This document shows positions 41,901-50,900 of a stretch of DNA of 64,000 nucleotides, piece after piece. Below the pieces are notes generated by a model, which saw nothing but the letters and a program-made list of their open reading frames with translations, was not told where the DNA came from and did not search any database. Location: NCBI GenBank assembly GCA_013265495.1, contig MU057448.1, positions 26,181-90,180 on the forward strand. The letters are read 5' to 3'. The translations under genes and the position numbers were made by a program. How positions within the stretch are numbered: position 1 is the stretch's first letter; the number at the start of each line of letters is the position of its first letter. The stretch comes from Vicugna vicugna (Eukaryota).

Positions 41901-44900
41901 CACAGTCATCCCTATTCGCTCACATGCGGTCTAGGGCTGCCTTCACACTGCAATGGCAGACATGAGTGGGTGTGACAGACACCACATGGCCTAAAATATT
42001 GACTCTTTGGCCCTTTATAGAAAAAGCCTGTTCATCCCTGCTTTACGTCATAACAGGAAACCCTAAGACTCAAATCAAATCTTCATACTCTTCTGCTCAA
42101 CATTCTTCAGTGAATCCATGCGGCTTCCATTGCTGAGTCCCAACTCGACAACCATTTCTTCATCATCCTTGCTGGACAATTGCAACTTTTCTTGGATATT
42201 CTCTGCTCCAGTAGGCGAAGAAGGTAAACGCTCCTTAGCTGCAAAAAGAGAAATGATTATTCTACAGTCATCACAGTAACTACATTTCCTTTCCCACTGG
42301 CTGATTTAGAAATGAGCATGTGATGTAGCCCAGCCAATAAGATGCTAAGGGAAGTCTACCGGAAGCGTCTCTGTTTTCTTCCTCGTTAACAGAAAACATG
42401 CAGAGAGAAGCAGCCCTCCTTGCCTGCGGATACGGTCATATAAGAATATGATGCTTGGAGCTGCTGCTAATCAGCAGACCAGGAAAGGTGACATCAAACA
42501 CCAGCAGCCTCACAGCTGAAGGAGAGACAGCGTCTGGGGTCCTGATGACATCACCGAACCTTCTAAACAATCCTGACTCCTGTTGCTGTAGCCACTGTTA
42601 CTTAGGTCTCAGTATTATTTGCAGCTGAAAGCATTCTGACAAATTCCCCAAGGTCTACAGCAGACCTCCTCCTTTGTATAGTACTAGAAAGGCTTTCAGA
42701 AGCGTGCCTGAGCTGGGGAGTCACCTCGTTCCCAACCATTCCTACAGCATCCCTTTTGCACCAACAAAATGAAACTCACAGATCCTGCAAAGTTCACTGG
42801 CACATGTTAGCCTTTGCACCGCTGTCCTTTCTGCCAAATGTAATCTTCAAACATGTTCCACCCACCAAACACTGCCCTTCTGCCTCCTTCCCTGGCAAAC
42901 TTCTACTCGCTCTGCGTGGCTTAGCTGACATCCTACCCACTTTTTAAAAACTTCTTTCCTCACCATGAACTTAAAGTATTTGGCACATGTTAAATACCAA
43001 TAAAAAATACATAAAGACAGTTACAAAGTCCTAGTGGGCTCTGGGACACAGTAAGCACAGACGAAAGTAAAGCAAATCATAAAAATGAGGATGAAAGTAA
43101 CAAGCTCCTGGAGGCCAGGAACTGTGCTTTTTGACCTGTTTGCATTCTGTAAAGTCAGAGTGGTGCTTAGTACCTAAAAGACACTTGATAGTCATCTGTT
43201 AAGGGCATGAATTAACAGATAAGAATGTTTTCTTTGAAAGTCCTGTTTAAAAAAAATACAGACATTAACCAGGGAAAACTCTGTTGTGTTATGAGCACCT
43301 TGAAGACCAAAACCCTGTCTATTCTATCTTTGTATTTCCTACAACAGAAGTTCTTTGCTTGATCAAGGTCTACCAAGTTAAAGGTGCCCTCATACAGTTC
43401 AGACCGAACAGCATGCTAGGGGTCACATCTAGGCAACACAGTCTTCTTTTTTTTTTTTTTTAATGTGAAACACTTCTGTGCCTTTATTACAATTTGTTGA
43501 GTCCTGAGTTGTGCTATATGAGTATTTATTATGACAATCCTTTAACTAATGGCAATAGAAATTCTTGTTCCAACAAAACATAGTTTCATGACAAGTATCC
43601 CCAAAAAAGAGAAGAAAACATCTGACTCTCATGAAGGCAACATGTCGCACTCTGTTTGCACTTCTGAGGAATGAAATTGGTGAGAGAGAGTGCTTGTTGG
43701 TGTAATGATGTGAAAAGTAACCAGTGGTGCTTCTCAACAAGGCACTGCTGTCCTGACTTCTGCCCTATCACTAGGTACCTTTAAAAAACAATCTCTTGTT
43801 AGTATGCTGCACACTGGCCCAGCTGTTCTAATTGTTGGCCATTTGTTTATAGCACCAGGAAGGTATTGCCAAGCTCCCAGTAGACAATCACTTTTTAGTG
43901 AGGCTAATCACTATGCAATAACTAGCATTCATTTACCCAATGTAATCCATTTGCTGTAAAAACTAATGATCCAGTTCTGTAATAAGGCCAACTTGTTATA
44001 ATGTTACAGGAAATGTATAACAAAGTTAAAAACCTGTTTTTTGTATTTACACAAACATATATTATGGGATTCCAGGGGCCATGATTAAATAAATGAATTT
44101 CTTTTCAGACAATATTGTCTCAGATTTTAAACTACCTACAATTAACTTCTTAAATAATTCTGAATACTAGACCATTAAGAAAACATTAATGAAAAAATAA
44201 AAACACACATGAAATTTACACACAGGCTTTTTACTGCTCTTTCATTATCAAAAGTTCCTCAGTCTTACTTCCTTATCTATGGTAGGCCCAACAAGAGTAA
44301 CTTATTACCAGAACTCTGTCCTAGGTCGCTATTTTGAGGGGGAGTATTTGGTATCTTTCCATCTCTGTAGCCGACAATCAGTTGGTAAATGCTATGTATA
44401 AAAAAAGTGATAAATAAATATTACTACTTGAATACTAATATGAAAAACAATTACCAAATATATTACATTCTTAGATTATTTCAGACAATATCAGAGGTAA
44501 TATCAAAACTTCAATTGTCCCATAAACTTCAAATTTGTATAATCTACAAACTTTTAAATTTAGCATGTATAATTAAAAAAGAAGAAAAATAAAGGTGAAG
44601 TAGTCATGAACTGAGGGCAGTACAGCTCAGTAAGTTAACTAGATTGAGCATGACATATGGAAAGTATCTCGAACTCAGAAGTCCCAGCTCTATAAACAAC
44701 AGCTATTTGTTCCTGGAAAAGCTGCTTCTCTTCAGCTCAAAGTCTTCCTTTGTAAAACTGGGATCTTACTGTCTTCTTAGGCAGTTAGTTATTAGTACTT
44801 GTAAGAATATAATGAAGATTTAATGAGATAATGTATCCCCCAGATGCTCAGAGAAACAGTGGAAGAATGGAATAATTTCTTCTTGAACTTAAATGCTGGA

Positions 44901-47900
44901 ACTATTTGAGAATCCCAAATAAAACCCAATGTGTGTTTTCTTTCCTAGGTGTAACATTCAAATGTGGCAATTTTCAGAAAATGTTACAAATTACGGTGAT
45001 TAGCTGTTCTTCATGGTTTATAATTCAGGGCACCTCAGCTACTATATAATTTGTAGCTACATTTATTTATAAATATATGACCTCATACAAGCATATGTAT
45101 GAGAACTAAACAAGCTGTCACGCTTAAGTTTACGTGTCGATCACCACGAAGACTGTGGAAACTGGATCAGCACAGGCATCCTGGGAGCAGAGGTCAGTCA
45201 CGACCCAACTGCAGGACCAGTTACTTTTTCCTTTTCTTCTTTTAAAATTTTATTAAAGGTCTTTTGAGAGCAACATCCAGACCCCAGACTCAGCTGCCAA
45301 GGAGATCCTATTAAAACCAGTTTTAGTACCAACGCTGCAGCAACAGAATCAAGGGAAACAAGAGAATGATTAGCATGCCCTCACCCTGCCCCAGTGCCTT
45401 GTGGGAGAGGACTGTCACTGTGGCCTCAGGGAATCCCTTAGGTTCTTGGAAAATTCAAGAAGAAGATTATAGAAGAAAGTCCCCAAAGGAAAATACAGCA
45501 TTTTCTGCTCTACTAAACATTTCAAGACCCAAATAACTAGTTAGAAAAATCAGATATGTGACATTATTTGGACCCCATGCATAGGGGTTACACTGGGATG
45601 AAGTGGAGACCAGTAGGACCCTAAGGATAAAGGTCTTACAAACCCTGAGATAAAGAACCCTGTGCCCACTGCTCCATCTCACTAGTCTGGCCTTTTGCTG
45701 GTTTCCAGCTGGTGATGGGGAGTGTCTCACTGCCATCCCCAAAGTGCCTGCTCCCAACTAGGAACTCTCACCTACTCTCACCTGTAACAAGTCACAGTTA
45801 GGTCATTTCCAACCTCAGTTTAGAGATAACTGGCATTTTAATGTAAACACTTACTGTTTAAAACCATTACGACAAGCATATCGTTCAGCAGACCATCCGA
45901 GGAAATCTTGAGAATCGATATTAACATGCTTCTGAAGAAGCAGCTTGACTATATCTGGTGAGTCATGATGTACAGCAAGCATCAGTGCTGATCTAAAATA
46001 AAAGAGACAACTTCACCCTTAGGAATTTAGTTAGCTTAACTTAAACAGTTAATTTGATCTATTTTACCAAGTTAATATCCTGCCCACCCCTGGAGAACTG
46101 ACCATTTATATGCTCAAGTGCTCATCTTTGCAAATTACATCCAAGGCCAAAATGGAGGGACAAAAAAGAAGCCTCCTGTCCTACTTGGGTAGCACATAGT
46201 AGAAGTTGCTAATTTAAAGTCCTCTGAAGGACAAGAAAGGACGCTGAGGTCACTTATCTGAAGTAGGTAAGCTTTAAATAAAGGATCCCCCATTTCTTCC
46301 CTATTGTGAAATATAATACTTTAAACTCAGCTAGAGATCAGGTAAGGAGAAGTTGTTTGCAGGCTGAAAACAGTAATATGAATAAAAATGGCAATAATCA
46401 ATTGCTGCAGTTAAACACGCTGAGAAGCATGTGCCCAGCACTAACCTGAATAGTCTATGTATGGTCTTTCTTAGGCACAACCACCCTTGAAGGATGTACT
46501 ATGACCCTCCTTTACATGTCAGGAAACATATTGGTTGGTAATAAGTCAAGTCCCCCAGGTAACACACCTGATCAGCAGGAGAGCTAGGAATTCAACCTCA
46601 TCTGACTCAAAGCCCAGCTCTTTCCTCTTTATCATCCACTAATGACTTGTCTTCTTTAAAAGGAATGTTTATTCAATAATTAAAGCTATTTTTCTTCCTT
46701 CTACCATTATCAATTAAAAATGAAAACATCAAACTGTACTAGAAATGAAAAAGGATAAAAACTGATGAGCCCACAGTATCTGGTGATAGTTACTCTCTTA
46801 GTGATACTCACTTAGTGATAACCTAATAACATCAGTGTCCTTCAAAGAAAGTAATTTAAAGCAGAATCATCCAAAAGACAAAACAAACTCCTCTTTGTTT
46901 AATGTGCATCTTTTAAGAAAAAAATATATACCAAGAAGAGGTTAAAACAAATTATAAAAGAATCAAGAAATTCAACACTGTCTCATAAGGTAAATTAAAA
47001 TTAGAGTCCATTCTAATAAAACTAAAGTGAAATCCCTGAACTATTGTAAGATCATATGACCAAAAAATCAGGTTGCAAATGACATCAGTCACTATCATAA
47101 AGGAAGATGAATCCTGCTGCATACTGTTCTTTGTGACACCCAGGCAGAATAATTGCTTTTCTACCTGATGATGTGTTGATTCTTAGTAGAATTCTAAGTT
47201 AATCCTCTTCTTATTAAGTTAATCTTTCTGATTGGCTGTTACTACTCTAGAACAACATTAAGATCTAAAAAAAAAAAAAGAGAGAACAAACTATTGTACC
47301 TTTGCAACTTGTTGACTGCATGTACATTTGCCCCATTCTCTATCAAAAATTTGACCATTTCTTCTTTGTTATCACTGACAGCGAGTAAAAATGGTGTGAA
47401 GTTATACTGTAAAATAGTAAAAACAGTTGACAATGTACAAAATTACATACACATTTCAAAACTGAATTTAAAAACTTAAGTCTCTAAACTTAAACATACA
47501 CTATAAAGTAAATAAAAAGTAGCCCCTGCCTCCTCACCCCTCTGTGCTCCTTCTCTGTAAAAGGTTCCTCCTTGACCTCTTCCAAAGTTTCCCTGTGAAG
47601 TCATTCTCTGAAACTCACTTCAGACATTGCTGGTTCCAAGAACCTTTGCTTCTATCGCAGCGTGTATCAGGCATTCTCTAGTTACCTTACTGCTCAACTA
47701 CTACTCCCAACACTCTAAACACTGCTCCAGAGAGAACCATTTAGCTACTGAATCAACTACATTTTTAAGGAGCCATGCTGAGGAGAAAGATACCAAACTG
47801 TCTGCAACATGCATAACCTATCCAATTACAACTATGACTAATCTCATAAAGCTTGCAGAAATTCCAATGGGAATGACTATTTGCATATAAAGAAAAAGTT

Positions 47901-50900
47901 TTCCTTAAACCAACTTATAAATTCTAATTTGAAAAATTCCATCCCACTATTAAGGGATTATTATAAAATATGAAGTAGACTATAAATTAATATAGACTGT
48001 CTTTAAAATCTTGAAATATATATCAAAATACACAACAGGAATTGTAAATTCAAATGCTTACAGAGGCAACATAGGTGGCCCAAGTAAGTGAATGTCCCAG
48101 GTGAGGACAGCAAACCGAGAAGGGGCCACCTCTGCAGGGCAGACCACACAGGAGCCTGGGCTCAAGGGGGACCAGATTTGATTCTTTAGGAGAAGTTCTG
48201 AAGTGTAGATTTCTGCACAGTTCTCCTAAATTTTAAATGTTGACTCACTGTGTGGAGACAAACTGAACATATCCAGGGCCATGTTTAGTCTAGAGCCCAC
48301 TTGTGTTTTTATGTTTGCTGTGTTTTCAAACAGTTGGGTATAAATCAAGTATTTGTATGTAAAACCTTGCCATTCTTTAGAATCATATGTCTTACACACA
48401 AAAACACTGGGCCCCAACATGTAATAAAAATTGTGATTAAGACTCATAATACCCACTTCAAGAATTTTTCCAATGCCTACTAAAACTATAGTCAATCTGT
48501 ACCGAATTCTCCCTGACTGTTAATCAAATGGATAATTAAGATTCAGGATTAAGAGGTATAAACAATCAGGCATAAAACAAGGTACAAGTATGTATTGCAC
48601 AACATGGGGAATAGAGCCAATAGTTTATAATAACCATAAGTGGATCATAACCCTTAAAAATTTGTGAAACACTCAACTGTGTACATGTAACATATAATAT
48701 AGTACACTGACTATACCTCAATTAGAAAACTATACTGTAAAAGAAATACATCTTAAAAAGGCTCATAATACCCACTTCAAGAATTTTTCCAATGCCTACT
48801 AAAACTACAATCTACCTGTATCTAATTCTCCCCAATTATTAATCAAATGGATAATTAGTTCATGAGATGGCCAAAACTAAATTATTAAAACAATTCCAAT
48901 TTGTTACTAATGTCATGGGTCTTGATGTTTAAAACTGCCATCTTGTATGGTAGTACTTATATATAATGGAATACAACTCAGCCATAAAAAAAGAATGAAA
49001 TAATGCCATTTGCAGCAACATGGAAGGACCTAGAGATTATCATACTTAGTGAGGTAAGTCAGAAAGTGAAAGACAAATCCCATAGGATAACACTTAATAT
49101 GTGGACTCTAACCTATGATACAAATGAACTTATCTACAAAACAGAAATAGACTCACAGACATAGAAAACAAACTGATGGTTACCAAAGGGGAAAGGGGGT
49201 GGGAGAGGAATAAATTAGCAGTTTTGGACTAGCAGATACAAATTACTACATATAAAATAGATGAAAAACAAGGTCCTACTGTGTATACTACAGGGAACTA
49301 TACTTAATATCCTGTAATAAACCATAATGGAAAAGAATATGTGTGTGTGTGTGTGTGTATATGTATATCTGACTAAGAATATATATATAACTGAACAAGA
49401 ATATATATAACTGAATAACATAAATATATAACTGAGTAAGAATATATATGTAACTGAATAAGTATATGTATAACTGAATAAGAATATATATATATGTAAC
49501 TGGATAAGAATATATATAACTGAATAAGAATATATATATAACCGAATAAGAATATATCTATAACTAAACAAGAATATATATATAACTGAATAACATATAT
49601 ATAACTGAATAAGTATATATAACTGAATAAGAATATACATATGTAACTGAATAAGAATATATACATAAGTGAATAAGAATATATATATAACTGAATAAGA
49701 ATATATACATATAACTGAATAAGAATATGTAACTGAATAAGAATATACTGAATAAGAATATATGTATGTAACTGAGTAAGAATATATATATAACTCAGGA
49801 TATATATAAAAATAACATATACATATAACTAGATAAGAATATATATAACTGAATAAGAATATATGTATAACTGAATAACATATATAACTGAATAAGAATA
49901 TATATATGAGTAAGAATATACATATGTAACTGAATAAGTATATATAACTGAATAAGAATATATAACTGAATAAGAATATATATATAACTGAATAAGAACA
50001 TATATATAACTGAATAAGAATATACATAACTGAATAATATATATATATGTATATAACTGAATCACTTTGCTGTACACCAGAAACTATCACAACACTGTAA
50101 ATCAATTAGACTTTCATTAAAAAAAAAGCCTGTCATCTTGATTATGCTAGGGCTCAGTGAATCTAACAGATATATTGCAAGAGTCCATCACACAGCTTTA
50201 ACCAAAAGAAGGCTCATGATTTCCTATTACTGCAATCAGAAAAACCCTGTTGACCTAATGACCTGGATGGGAACAAAAGGTGCAAAATCTTTAAAGGGTC
50301 CAACTCTACTTGTTGAATCACTCACCACAAACAAGTTTCTAAGACTGTCTGAGTGCCACTGAATGATCAGTGGTTAGAAGGGAAAAGGAGCTATTCTTCA
50401 AGGCAATAGATACTGCCAGTAATATTGCCAATAAACTCCTCAGTCACAGAGGGAGAGACGGGTAAAAGGCTAACACGGCTGCAAAGGAGAGCACTGAAAG
50501 CAGCAGCATCTATCAAACTCTGGCTCTTCCAGAGATGTCTTATTTTTGAGATCTGTGAATTTACATGCATTACACGAATCCATTCAATAGTCCTTAACCA
50601 AGGGTTGTATCAGAATCTCAGGGAAGTATTTCTAAATACCTGTGTCTAGACCTGAGTATATTTATTCAATCAAAATCTTCAAGGGAGAACCAGGAGAAAA
50701 AGCAGGAGGACCAGCTTCACCATCACTTGCTCCCCACCTACAGCCACAGCCCCGCAGGGTAGCTACACCAGACTGAGCATGGAAGACCCCAAGGTAAAGG
50801 TGTACGTGGAGGGCCATGTGGCCACCAGAACAAGTGAATGCCCCTGCTGGCTGTCAAACATGACCTGACCTCACTTGCCCAGATTCTAGAACCTGGGATC

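Noticed and set aside
49215..50105. 296-aa hydrophobic ORF
   Set aside because: It is a translation of the AT-rich minisatellite inside an L1.
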